In this document: piece by piece, positions 9,601 to 17,403 of the stretch | Layout: each line of letters starts with the position of its first letter | Numbering within the stretch: position 1 is the first letter of the stretch | Assembly: GCA_026398285.1 (NCBI GenBank) | Contig: JAPLTI010000215.1 | Span: forward strand, 1 to 41,905 | Direction of reading: 5' to 3' | Length of the DNA stretch: 41,905 nucleotides | From: Verrucomicrobiota bacterium | GTDB lineage: Bacteria; Verrucomicrobiota; Verrucomicrobiia; Chthoniobacterales; Terrimicrobiaceae | Translations under genes and position numbers: made by a program | The notes under the pieces: model-generated | Database searches by the model: none | Told to the model about the DNA's origin: nothing | Seen by the model: only the letters and a program-made list of their open reading frames with translations

Positions 9601-10124
9601 CGGCCTCGAGATTCGACATCCAACCAAAAATCCAGCCAGCAATCTTTGACGAGCTCAGTCTTGGCTCGTTGATTCTCGGATTGCGGGTCGATGAACGAGA
9701 GGTTCCACTTCCCATCCTTGAGTTGGAGGCTCAGGATTCCATTACTGATTTCGCCGCCGTCTCCTTCGAATTCGGTCTTGGCCACGGGATTCGACCAATT
9801 TGGAGCTTGCCGAACTGTTATATCCAATCTCTCGTATTTGTTGAGCCCAAAGTATATGTATGCCACAGGGGCGCCATTTTCCTCGCTAGCCAGAATCGGT
9901 AGTGAGCGGCCATCTGCTGTCTCGGCTTCCAACGGAGTGCCTTCGGACAAACCCAGCGCGCTCCAGAGAGCGGGGAGGGGAACTGCGGCGGCCGTGGCAG
10001 GAATTGGTTTGTCGGCATAGTTAATAACGGAGAGCTTTGCCGTTGGGTTGCTTTCCGAATGAGAGGAAACGATGCCTGCGAGCGTAAGCCCTAGAGCAAG
10101 GCGGAAAATGGATAAAAATCTCAT
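6621..10124 (-). CDS. Large secreted protein of unknown family (paralog 1), a putative polysaccharide-active enzyme
   Basis: 1167 aa with a signal peptide (MRFLSIFRLALGLTLAGIVSS). It is collinear with 10994..14596 and shares long identical blocks with it: FTRVGWRPERCWVGVD, LTDIATFF.W, DYEIQL, ELPAPGKWFWRIRGLEE (an FN3/DUF4962-like beta-sandwich signature), FAQKNNILHRQFVSQSSVLGLYL, QGAWEDGGWYWQQTGFRRLGEILGQR and GTLMEFFPDTGRYYYFPVFPQGK. I do not recognise the catalytic family. Confidence 0.85.
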   Translation of the reverse strand: MRFLSIFRLALGLTLAGIVSSHSESNPTAKLSVINYADKPIPATAAAVPLPALWSALGLSEGTPLEAETADGRSLPILASEENGAPVAYIYFGLNKYERLDITVRQAPNWSNPVAKTEFEGDGGEISNGILSLQLKDGKWNLSFIDPQSENQRAKTELVKDCWLDFWLDVESRGRLLGMTQEKIRDLGLVPGMESKIIHSQTKINPDRSVSLNLQRGFEGAASEVVLHETYTLLAAQPVLTYQCRFTTRGSSKWYVANVEHAAGMRGIFGNLLKSKMQFKYDNPREPSRVLLYGKENSFTRVGWRPERCWVGVDGEFGHGIGFSTSRSVDRPLPGTVVWVIGRDFFLRLLDQEQENYPYEFSAEKPLEMGLAFVATSGGTGIWNQTKNLYKSVTTDKKPKVTNSYAIYLDGEPLECAEVSQFEMEDSLQALVNSGHVESAAWEMDFQRGYVLKIQAQGATPENPISISAYLLGKKAQKIKIATLSNSEPTEVDFSKATGWQGKRQKFVIEVERPEGTTLHKLALQPVGLPAPELGSPSDGLNLTDIATFFRWRQLKGALDYEIQLSTDESFTNPKILKVRSEVEWPYYMPTDSELPAPGKWFWRIRGLEEDIPGQWSAVRSFTINNDITKKPVTFTISSQKPLFTIEAYMVKDLSLFKETIPPDLKPSVAINCKWTYADAATKKRIDPIAFLKPTQDAGITGFVRTHGPAPISAWLPISDLEEIFQKYPNIIGNMGGETLSALFHGGDNQTYMSRVLKLCGKYGRYFYEADGTYPSENKWQSLYEKSGPLMKEYADHLIFAQKNNILHRQFVSQSSVLGLYLSGAISNQGAWEDGGWYWQQTGFRRLGEILGQRSGDTDMPRNFWNLNFLMGLARGCAIFSFEGQCGSLPVGKGWKIAEKGFPPNRQNFMAYWTTQGELTPTFHRFLAPFMRAVIQKQLVPSKEEVLKNIHLAVYNDGVPKKEDGDQYYYEWKPLYEGTYGFKDYGVIPGTLMEFFPDTGRYYYFPVFPQGKVDLGHRIETLPLSQLGNPAEVRKIFDQAYPKWYEGDALVNIVGNTLAIMNSNENRDETQTYAIPLTNRGDFLNISGTIKPHAYVMGKFENQSLWIQAQTEYTGHDTELRVTFKKSPQVTVTPPQAAKLNQWDEKTKTLSLILSHTDGAVEVDISE

Positions 10125-10984
10125 TTCGAATCAGAAATAACCTTTTTGATGGACTCGGCAACCTGCTTGCCAAGGATCGCGGAGCTCCATTTTCCAAAAT
10201 GCACATTGCGAGGTGTTTGAAATGGTTCTCCGGAGGAATTTTTGTTCGTCAATTGCGGCATGGCCAATCCCCAGAGATCATTGATTGGGATTCCCTCCTC
10301 CTGCATGACCTTTAGCGCTACTTCGTTGTAAGCAACTTCAGATCCTTGGACATACTTCTCCGCTTTGGAGTCCGGAATCGGCGTGGTGGTTGCGAAAACA
10401 AGTTTGGCGCCCGTTTTTCTTAGAATCGGGATGATTTCCCGCAAATTCTTTTCATATTGCTCGACCGACACATTTGGACGGCCCCCGTTTGTGGGGCTTG
10501 CGTAGTTTCCTGCAGCGTCTTTATCTAAATCATTAGCAAATCGATAAGAGGCATCATGCAATCCGAAGTTGAAGTGGATGATATCCCACTTTTCGCCCTC
10601 TTTGAGCCAGCGGTTCAAGCCATAAGAACCCAAAGCGGTCTTGGTTGACCCACCGTTGGCCGGAATGCGGTGCAGGTTTGCCACGCCCTCCAAATCGCGG
10701 CGCACAGCGATTGTGTAAGCCACCGATATAGAGTCTCCAATGAGGAGCACACGCGGAAGACCTGGCTGATCTTCGATGGGAAGAAATTCCGGAGGTATCT
10801 TCGCTGCCGCTGGGGTTGGAGTCGACTTGGCTGTGGTTTCTCCCACTTCCCCCTCGGCGAGGGGAATGTTCGATGCGTCCACACGCACTTGGGCGTGAGA
10901 AGTGGGCGTGATGCTGAGTGCGTAGCAAGCAGCAAGTGACGCCATGAAAAAACGATGGCTCATGAGCGTAGATTTTGGTTTCAT
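10121..10984 (-). CDS. Secreted SGNH/GDSL-family esterase
   Basis: 287 aa with a signal peptide. The SGNH blocks are VLLIGDSISVAYT (block I GDS), NGGST (block II) and FNFGLHDA (block III). Its stop overlaps the paralog 1 start by 4 nt. Confidence 0.8.
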   Translation of the reverse strand: MKPKSTLMSHRFFMASLAACYALSITPTSHAQVRVDASNIPLAEGEVGETTAKSTPTPAAAKIPPEFLPIEDQPGLPRVLLIGDSISVAYTIAVRRDLEGVANLHRIPANGGSTKTALGSYGLNRWLKEGEKWDIIHFNFGLHDASYRFANDLDKDAAGNYASPTNGGRPNVSVEQYEKNLREIIPILRKTGAKLVFATTTPIPDSKAEKYVQGSEVAYNEVALKVMQEEGIPINDLWGLAMPQLTNKNSSGEPFQTPRNVHFGKWSSAILGKQVAESIKKVISDSK

Positions 10985-10993
10985 GGGATGGAG

Positions 10994-13900
10994 TTATTGA
11001 ATTTCAAGATTCACAGCGCCATCTTTATGTGAAAGCCGAAGTGAAAGGGTGCGTGTGGTGGGGTTCCAAGTATTTTTCAAGGCTGCAGAATCCGGTGTGA
11101 TCTTCACTTGAGGCTTGGACTTGAGTTGGATTTCCAACTCGGTATCCCGCTCAGGGTATTCGGTATTTGATTGCAGCCAAAAGGATTTGTTTTTGTTTTC
11201 AAATTTGCCGACTAAATAGGCGTGAGGGCCTATTTTTCCGGAAATTTTTTCAAAGCCGCCCCGATTTTTCAGCGGAACATCGTAGGTTTGCGTTTCGTCT
11301 GAGTTTTCACAGGAATTAAGGACGGTGAGTGTGTCAGCCACCTCTGCTACAAATGCATTACCCGAATACCAAGCGGGATATGCTGCATCAAATGTTTGCT
11401 TCACACTGGCCTCTGTTTTAAATCGCGAGAGCGGAAGGACTTCGACTCCAGGGCCGAGATCGCGCTTCCCTTGAGGCAAGACAGGGATGAAATAGAAACG
11501 ACCAGTATTGGGAAAAAACTCCATGAGCGTGCCGGGATGAACGCCGACATCACGGAAACCGTATGTGCCGCGAAAAAGGGCCTCCCACTCGTAGTAGTAT
11601 TGATCTCCAGTCTCATACTTGGAAACTTCGTCGTTAAAAACGGCGATCTTCACATTGCGCAGGACAGCTTGTTTGGTCGGAACAAGATTTTTTTGGAGCA
11701 ATCCACGGATAAATGGAAGGCAAAACCGATCAAAGGTTTCTGTGAGCTCGCCATCCGTTGTCCAGAAGGCGGCGGGATTGCGGTAGGCTGCATCAGTGAT
11801 TTCGGGAAGACCTTTTTCGGCGATGCGCCAGTCTTTGGGCACGGGAGTTGTTCCAACTTGGCCTTCAAAGCTGAAGACCGAGCAGCCGCGTGCCAAGCCC
11901 ATCACATGGTTGAGCGTCCAGAAAATCCGTGGCATGTTAGTCACATCGCCAGCCCTCTGACCGAGAATTTCTCCCAGTTTGCGGAAGCCGACTTGCTGCC
12001 AATACCAGCCCCCGTCCTCCCAGGCTCCCTGGGCCACGATGTCATCATTCAGATATAATCCCAGAACGGAACTTTGGGATACGAATTGTCTGTGAAGGAT
12101 ATTGTTTTTTTGCGCAAGGATGAAGTAGTCTTTGTATTCCCTCATAAACGCGCTGTTTTTTTCAAAAAGAGCCTGATATTTATTTTCTTTCGGATAAGAT
12201 CCATCCGCTTCGTAAAAAACTCGGCCGTATTTTGCGCAGAGTTTCACAAGTCGTTGGATGTATTCTTCTTTTTCGCCACCGTGAAAGTGGGCGGAAAGCG
12301 TTTCGCCGCCAGAGATGCCGATGACATTCGGGTAGGTTTGAAAAACCTCTTCCACCATGGAGAGGGGGGCCCATCGGGACATCGGGGCAGGCGCATGGGT
12401 GCGCAAAAAGGTTTTAACGCCCATGTCTTTCAGTGGGCGCAGGTATCCGATGTGATCGTTGGTTTTGTAAATGCCCGTGTTTATTGCCACATTGGCTTGA
12501 ATATCCGGCGGGATCGTGTTGTGAAAACGGCTCCAGTCTGGAACGCGGCAACCCTCAAAGGTGAAGAGCGGGTTTTCGGGAGTTGGTTTGAAAACGAGAG
12601 GTCTTTTGGGGAGTTCTTTGTTGGAGGTGAAGCGGCGGGTCGTTGACCATTCTCCAGCTCGTCCTTCCTCCAGCGCTCGCACTCGCCAGAACCACTCTCC
12701 CGGAGCGGGAAGTTCGCTTTCCTTTGGCATGTAGTAGGGCATGTCAACCTCCGAGCGCACATTCAAGCTCGTGGGGTTCTCGAATTCTGGCGAGCGGGCC
12801 AACTGGATTTCGTAGTCGATCGCTCCAGGGACCTGAAACCAATGGAAAAAGGTCGCAATATCGGTCATGTTCAGGCCGTCTGCCGGGAGGTTAAGCTCGG
12901 GTGCGACGAACGGAGCACTCTCCAGCACCAGAGACTCCATTTTGGCGAGTTTTCCTTGGAAAATCTCAAGATTGTAAACTCTGCGGCTGTGCAACCATCC
13001 CGTCACTTTCGTGAAATCGATGGTTTCCTCCCCATCCTTTTCGAATGTCGCTACTGTGAACGCCTCTCCTGCGTCCGAGGTTGCCACAATTTTCAGCGGA
13101 TGCTCTGCTGTTGCACCGGAAACCTTCGTCCGAAGCTGAAACGGCCGAGTGAAATCGGTTTCGAGTTGAGCCATCAGCGTTCGGCCATTCGTGACGAATG
13201 CCGATGTGTCCTTTGCGTTCGCGGTGAAGCAGATCGTTTCGCCGGGTTTCACGGGTTTTCCGTTAAGGTAAACTGTGCAGGCATCACCTACTGTCGGAGA
13301 TGCCTGGCTTGTCACCGCTTTGAAAAGGTTTCGCCCTTGGTTCCAAATACCCACCTCTCCGCAAGTCGCCGCAATGGCAAATCCCAGTTCAAGCGGCTTC
13401 TCCTTGCTGAATGCATAAGGCTGATTTTCCTGCACATCGTCAAGCAGGCGGATGAGGTAACCGGTATTGTTGATGACCCAAACTGTGTTCCCGGGAATGA
13501 AACGAACATAGGCATCTTTAAGAGTGGAAAAGGCCAGACCATTTCCCAGTTCGGAATCGACACCAACCCAGCAGCGCTCATTGCGCCAGGAAACGCGCGT
13601 GAAGCCTGTGTTCTTTCCCGAAAGCAAAATCCGTGGGCCTGCTGTGCTGGTCTTGTTCGTATTGGCGACACTAATCCCAGAGGCCGTTTTTTCGCTGCCC
13701 GAGGTTGGAATATCATATAAGAACCGGAGCTTGCCCTGCAGGAGAGGGCCAAAATCACCTTTCAGCCCTGCTCCCATTTCGACATAAGACAAGTATCGCG
13801 TCCGGTCGTCTGTGCAGGTCCAGCGGGTCTTGTAGATCAGCACAGGCTCGGAGGCTTGGAGAGTGAATGTTTCCTCCCAGACCACATTTTCTCCCAATGT

Positions 13901-14596
13901 CGGGAAGCGGTGCGCAAGAACGAGGGTTGCCGAGCCATCCGGGTTGGCCGTTGCGCGGCTCTCTATCAAGGTTGCATTTTCGGTCGAGCGCAGAAGATTC
14001 ATATCGCGAAGTTTGTCGTCCTTGAAGCCGAGCAAACGACCATGTGGTTCCTCCGAAAGCCAGAAATCCAGACGGTTGTTCTGGCATATCTTTGTCTCCG
14101 TATTCCCAGCATACGCGAGGGACCACCTTCCGTCAGCATAAGCCAGAGTCAGGATTCCGTTGCTCAAAGATCCAGAGCCGCTTTGCGCATCAAACGCGGC
14201 CGTGGCGCTTGGTGCTCCCCATGCCTTTGCCTTCCGGATTTTGAATTCCATTCGCTCGCGAGGTTGTAGGGAAACCACCGCATGAAGAATCTCGCCGCCA
14301 TCCGACTTCTGCCGGATCAGTGGGATCGCAGCACCATCCCCTCGGACAAGTTCCAAGGGCACATTCGCCCCGACTCCTGCCGCTTTCGCTGCCGCATCGG
14401 CCGGGAGATTCAGCGTTGTCGCATACACGGGCTTCTCGCTTTGGTTCACCACCGTCACGCTGGCAGATCCTGACTCTCCTCCTCCCGTTACCTGTGGGGT
14501 CTTGGTAACAGCAGCGCTCGTTGCTATCGCCCCGAACAGCGCCAAGACGCTCGCGAACCGCAGAGGCAAGCGCAGTCTTCGAACGGTAGTCGACAT
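10994..14596 (-). CDS. Large secreted protein of unknown family (paralog 2), a putative polysaccharide-active enzyme
   Basis: The ORF is 10994..14644. I prefer the ATG at 14596 (MSTTVRRLRLPLRFASVLALFGAIATSAAV, a signal peptide) over 14644. It is collinear with 6621..10124, sharing FTRVSWRNERCWVGVD, ELPAPGEWFWRVRALEE, LAQKNNILHRQFVSQSSVLGLYL, QGAWEDGGWYWQQVGFRKLGEILGQR and GTLMEFFPNTGRFYFIPVLPQGK. Confidence 0.85.
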   Translation of the reverse strand: MSTTVRRLRLPLRFASVLALFGAIATSAAVTKTPQVTGGGESGSASVTVVNQSEKPVYATTLNLPADAAAKAAGVGANVPLELVRGDGAAIPLIRQKSDGGEILHAVVSLQPRERMEFKIRKAKAWGAPSATAAFDAQSGSGSLSNGILTLAYADGRWSLAYAGNTETKICQNNRLDFWLSEEPHGRLLGFKDDKLRDMNLLRSTENATLIESRATANPDGSATLVLAHRFPTLGENVVWEETFTLQASEPVLIYKTRWTCTDDRTRYLSYVEMGAGLKGDFGPLLQGKLRFLYDIPTSGSEKTASGISVANTNKTSTAGPRILLSGKNTGFTRVSWRNERCWVGVDSELGNGLAFSTLKDAYVRFIPGNTVWVINNTGYLIRLLDDVQENQPYAFSKEKPLELGFAIAATCGEVGIWNQGRNLFKAVTSQASPTVGDACTVYLNGKPVKPGETICFTANAKDTSAFVTNGRTLMAQLETDFTRPFQLRTKVSGATAEHPLKIVATSDAGEAFTVATFEKDGEETIDFTKVTGWLHSRRVYNLEIFQGKLAKMESLVLESAPFVAPELNLPADGLNMTDIATFFHWFQVPGAIDYEIQLARSPEFENPTSLNVRSEVDMPYYMPKESELPAPGEWFWRVRALEEGRAGEWSTTRRFTSNKELPKRPLVFKPTPENPLFTFEGCRVPDWSRFHNTIPPDIQANVAINTGIYKTNDHIGYLRPLKDMGVKTFLRTHAPAPMSRWAPLSMVEEVFQTYPNVIGISGGETLSAHFHGGEKEEYIQRLVKLCAKYGRVFYEADGSYPKENKYQALFEKNSAFMREYKDYFILAQKNNILHRQFVSQSSVLGLYLNDDIVAQGAWEDGGWYWQQVGFRKLGEILGQRAGDVTNMPRIFWTLNHVMGLARGCSVFSFEGQVGTTPVPKDWRIAEKGLPEITDAAYRNPAAFWTTDGELTETFDRFCLPFIRGLLQKNLVPTKQAVLRNVKIAVFNDEVSKYETGDQYYYEWEALFRGTYGFRDVGVHPGTLMEFFPNTGRFYFIPVLPQGKRDLGPGVEVLPLSRFKTEASVKQTFDAAYPAWYSGNAFVAEVADTLTVLNSCENSDETQTYDVPLKNRGGFEKISGKIGPHAYLVGKFENKNKSFWLQSNTEYPERDTELEIQLKSKPQVKITPDSAALKNTWNPTTRTLSLRLSHKDGAVNLEIQ

Positions 14597-14656
14597 AGTA
14601 AAACAACATTGCAGATGAGGGCGGTCGAGGGAGTATGTGAACATAAAAAAATATTA

Positions 14657-14683
14657 GTGTAAGTATTTACTTGTCGGCGTCAA
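14657..14683 (-). promoter_or_regulatory. Promoter-like element, copy a (TTGACG-N15-TTACAC) upstream of the 14596-to-3049 operon
   Basis: The minus strand reads TTGACGccgacaAGTAAATACTTACACtaat. It lies ~60 nt upstream of the ATG at 14596. It shares the spacer core AAGTA..TAC and the TTACAY box with five other sites in the window. Confidence 0.45.
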
Positions 14684-14920
14684 TCATTATTTTCGACTGA
14701 AATTGCTGACCCGCGCTACGATGGTCTGGAGACTTGGTGTTTTGTCTTTGTCGCAAGCGCTCGTCGACGGACCTGCTGGCATTACTGGCAAGCCTCTTGC
14801 TTATTCAAAGAAAAGGGCACTCGCGGCGGAACCCTTCCTCAATAGCACTTTTCCCACGGCAACTCAGCGAGAATTACTCATAATTCAAACGCCTTGCGCA
14901 CCGAGTGCCTGCAGTTTCCC

Positions 14921-14946
14921 TTGCGGATGCGAAAAAGTATTTACAT
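14921..14946 (+). promoter_or_regulatory. Promoter-like element, copy b (TTGCGG-N14-TTACAT), with no annotated gene directly downstream
   Basis: cccTTGCGGatgcgaaAAAGTATTTACATgacg. It is nearly identical over ~32 nt to copy c, which lies 245 bp downstream. Confidence 0.4.
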
Positions 14947-15165
14947 GACGATTCGATTCTCCGCGTCCAAATTCTCACTCATCTTTATTGGGCATGGGCT
15001 ACAAACTACGAAGACAACCAACCCAGCTTGGGCTGAAAACGAAAACACAAAATGAGCCAAACAGCCAAAATTCTGATAGGGAATTCAAACAATATCCATA
15101 GTCCTCGGAGCGCACCTAAAAACTTCTCACGAACACACGATTTTTTCGATGACTCAAAATTCCCC

Positions 15166-15191
15166 TTGCAAATGCCTGAAAGTATTTACAT
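15166..15191 (+). promoter_or_regulatory. Promoter-like element, copy c (TTGCAA-N14-TTACAT) upstream of the LamG-like gene
   Basis: cccTTGCAAatgcctgAAAGTATTTACATatttt, 50 nt upstream of the ATG at 15241. Confidence 0.45.
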
Positions 15192-15240
15192 ATTTTAAAG
15201 GCAGAAAATCAACGTCAACACTTCCTGCTTGCTGCTCGTT

Positions 15241-16083
15241 ATGACCATAATCACTTTAAAAAGTCTCCCTGTGCGCCCCTTCTTTGCCACTCCTACCCGT
15301 TTCTTTTTGCTTCTTGTTGCATTTAGGCTTTGCGGCTTAACTTCCAATGTCAATGCGGCTCCGCAGCCCGCAGCCTGGAATCAATCTGTGGAAAGTGCCT
15401 CGCAAAACCGTCCCGTCTTATGGTTGCAAGGTGAAGGGGATGAAAATCTCGGATCTGAAATTCCGGGGCGATTGAATCTTCGCGGCGCGAAGCTTGTTCC
15501 AGGCGTTGGATACTGGGAGGGCAAAAGTGGGTTTGTAACCGATCCGGCGACTGCTCCAAGTTCCTCGTTGCTGATCGCTTCCTCCGACACTTCTATTGCT
15601 TCCTCTCCGCAGGGCACCGTCGTCCTTCTTTTTCAGACGCCATCGAGCTTTAGAGAACCAGAAGACGACAAACCCGCAAAAATTAACCTGTTCGAGCGCA
15701 GCACAAGAGGTGTGCCGACACACTTCGAAATCGCCATCGTGAAAGGCTTCTTGAGGCTTGTCATTGCCGACGAGGCGGACAAATCCCTGCTAAAACCGAT
15801 CTGCAAACTTGAACCCTCACAGTGGTATTGGCTGGCAGTCCGCTGGAAAAGCGAAGGAGGCTCCACCTCGCTGGATTGGCAGCTTCTTGCGCCTCCCGAT
15901 CCGGAGCATATTGATCAAGGCTCCTTGGTTACAAGTCCCGTTGGTAACGCCTCCGGCATTATAAGCATCGGTGGTTCCTACCAGAAGGAAACCCCTCCAG
16001 TTCCCTTCTCCCAAATCATTGTTTGGGACTCGTTCATCAGCAATGAAGCCTTGGAAAAACTCGTGCGCCTCCTTAAAAAATAA
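15241..16083 (+). CDS. Secreted hypothetical protein, possibly with a LamG/concanavalin-like jelly-roll fold
   Basis: The ORF is 15229..16083 with a TTG start. The ATG at 15241 gives MTIITLKSLPVRPFFATPTRFFLLLVAFRLCGLTSNVNA, a signal peptide. The beta-rich body with ...WYWLAVRWKSEGGSTSLDWQLL... resembles LamG-type lectin folds. The fold call is weak. Confidence 0.6.
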   Translation: MTIITLKSLPVRPFFATPTRFFLLLVAFRLCGLTSNVNAAPQPAAWNQSVESASQNRPVLWLQGEGDENLGSEIPGRLNLRGAKLVPGVGYWEGKSGFVTDPATAPSSSLLIASSDTSIASSPQGTVVLLFQTPSSFREPEDDKPAKINLFERSTRGVPTHFEIAIVKGFLRLVIADEADKSLLKPICKLEPSQWYWLAVRWKSEGGSTSLDWQLLAPPDPEHIDQGSLVTSPVGNASGIISIGGSYQKETPPVPFSQIIVWDSFISNEALEKLVRLLKK

Positions 16084-16229
16084 ATCCCCCTCCCCCCTCT
16101 GAGGTGCTCACCTTCCGGTCGTTCCATAGCCCGCGAGGGGAATGCTTCTGGGAGCCGCTTCGATCACCCCCGCTGCAGAATTTCATCCCACTGAGCGCCC
16201 CTGCTACGAGAGTCGCTCCAAAGAGAAAA

Positions 16230-16255
16230 AAGACTCATGAATCAAAATGAGTCTT
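16230..16255 (-). terminator. AT-rich hairpin (9-bp stem AAGACTCAT/ATGAGTCTT, 8-nt loop) with a U-run only on the minus strand
   Basis: aaaaAAGACTCATgaatcaaaATGAGTCTTgaaaaaa. On the minus strand the stem is followed by TTTTTCTCTTT. It sits between the LamG-like gene and the LacI gene, both on the + strand, so the orientation is puzzling. The stem is weak (3 GC pairs). Confidence 0.25.
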
Positions 16256-16275
16256 GAAAAAAGCGCCTCATTTTT

Positions 16276-17334
16276 ATGATAGTCTCAGACTCCTCAACCT
16301 TGAAACCCGCCCGATCGCTGAACCACCCGGCCCAACAGCCCACTCTGAAAGACATTGCCAAAGCGACGAATCTCACCGTTGCCAGCGTGTCCCGCATCCT
16401 TGCCGGGAAGGCCAAGTTCTCTGATGAAACCCGAGAGCGTGTCGAGGCCGTCGCCAATGCCCTGGGCTACCGACCCAATCGTCTGGTCTCCGGCATCCAA
16501 ACCGGCCGCACCGGTCTCATTGGCGCCATCCTTCCAATCCATTCTGAATGGGGGGCACAACTCTTCACCAGACTCCAGCAGGAACTCGCTCATCACAGCT
16601 ATGTTCCCATCGCCTTGGACTGCCCGTCTGCGGCCATCAACGAATTGGAGATGATCTACCATCTCCTCGATCGGCGCGTGGAGGGGATTGTTCTCTTTCC
16701 AGGCGACGACACAATTTCCGATGAATATTTCGACGAAATCCACTCGCGCAAAATCCCGCTCGTTGTCGTCGTGCGCCGCCTCACGCGCGCCCACTGCCAT
16801 TTCATAGGCTGCGACGATTTTGAAAGTGGTAAACTCGCCGCCGAACACCTCACCAGCCTCGGACACCGTGTGCTTGGCCATATCGGCGGCCCCTGGAACA
16901 TCAGCACAGGCCGCGAACGCGCCGAGGGCTTCACTCAAACGGCCATGTCCCACCCGGCAGTCTCTGTCGCCCAAGTCGTCATGCCCACCTTCCTGCCCGA
17001 TGAGTCCTTGATCGAACAATTTCTCGATTCGCATCCGCAAATCACAGGCGTTTTTTGTGCCAACGAACCCATTGCCCTGGGACTTTACGCCGTTGCCAAA
17101 AGGCGCAAGCTTGATATCCCGGGGAATCTCAGCATCGTTTCCCACGGCAACGGCCGCGCTGCCTCAATCGTTTCTCCCCCGCTCACTTCCACAGTAGAGA
17201 ACAGCAGCCAAATCGGCCGCGAAGCAGCCGCCCTTCTTCTCGAACTCACCAGCCACAAAAAATCCTCCCAACCCATTATCGAAAAACGGATCCCCGTTGA
17301 ACTCATCGTCCGCGAGTCTACAGCGCGCGTGTGA
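16276..17334 (+). CDS. LacI-family transcriptional regulator
   Basis: 352 aa. The N-terminal HTH is PTLKDIAKATNLTVASVSRILAGKAKFSDETRERVEAVANALGYRPN, followed by a periplasmic-binding-protein-like sugar-binding core. Confidence 0.9.
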   Translation: MIVSDSSTLKPARSLNHPAQQPTLKDIAKATNLTVASVSRILAGKAKFSDETRERVEAVANALGYRPNRLVSGIQTGRTGLIGAILPIHSEWGAQLFTRLQQELAHHSYVPIALDCPSAAINELEMIYHLLDRRVEGIVLFPGDDTISDEYFDEIHSRKIPLVVVVRRLTRAHCHFIGCDDFESGKLAAEHLTSLGHRVLGHIGGPWNISTGRERAEGFTQTAMSHPAVSVAQVVMPTFLPDESLIEQFLDSHPQITGVFCANEPIALGLYAVAKRRKLDIPGNLSIVSHGNGRAASIVSPPLTSTVENSSQIGREAAALLLELTSHKKSSQPIIEKRIPVELIVRESTARV

Positions 17335-17361
17335 CATACATAGAGTTACCGGAAAATGAGC

Positions 17362-17388
17362 TTGCTTCCGAAAAGTAAATACTTACAT
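17362..17388 (+). promoter_or_regulatory. Promoter-like element, copy d (TTGCTT-N15-TTACAT) directly upstream of the pseudopilin cassette
   Basis: cTTGCTTccgaaAAGTAAATACTTACATtttaagttgaccttt-ATG(17404). It ends 15 nt before the preferred start codon, so any leader would be very short and has no obvious SD. Confidence 0.45.
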
Positions 17389-17403
17389 TTTAAGTTGACC
17401 TTT

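Noticed and set aside
16230-16255. The hairpin palindrome was considered as the LacI operator.
   Set aside because: It lacks the CG-centred TGnnAnCGnTnnCA-type consensus typical of LacI/GalR operators. It is kept only as a low-confidence structural feature.
17356-17403. Upstream start extensions offered by the ORF track: 17356 for pseudopilin 1, 19178 for the giant, 26110 for the esterase, 27206 for the membrane protein, 29914 for GH29, 14644 for paralog 2 and 373 for IclR.
   Set aside because: Each extension either overlaps the preceding gene or promoter element or adds non-protein-like sequence in front of an obvious signal peptide or class III signal. Internal ATGs give canonical N-termini, and two of them give ATGA coupling.
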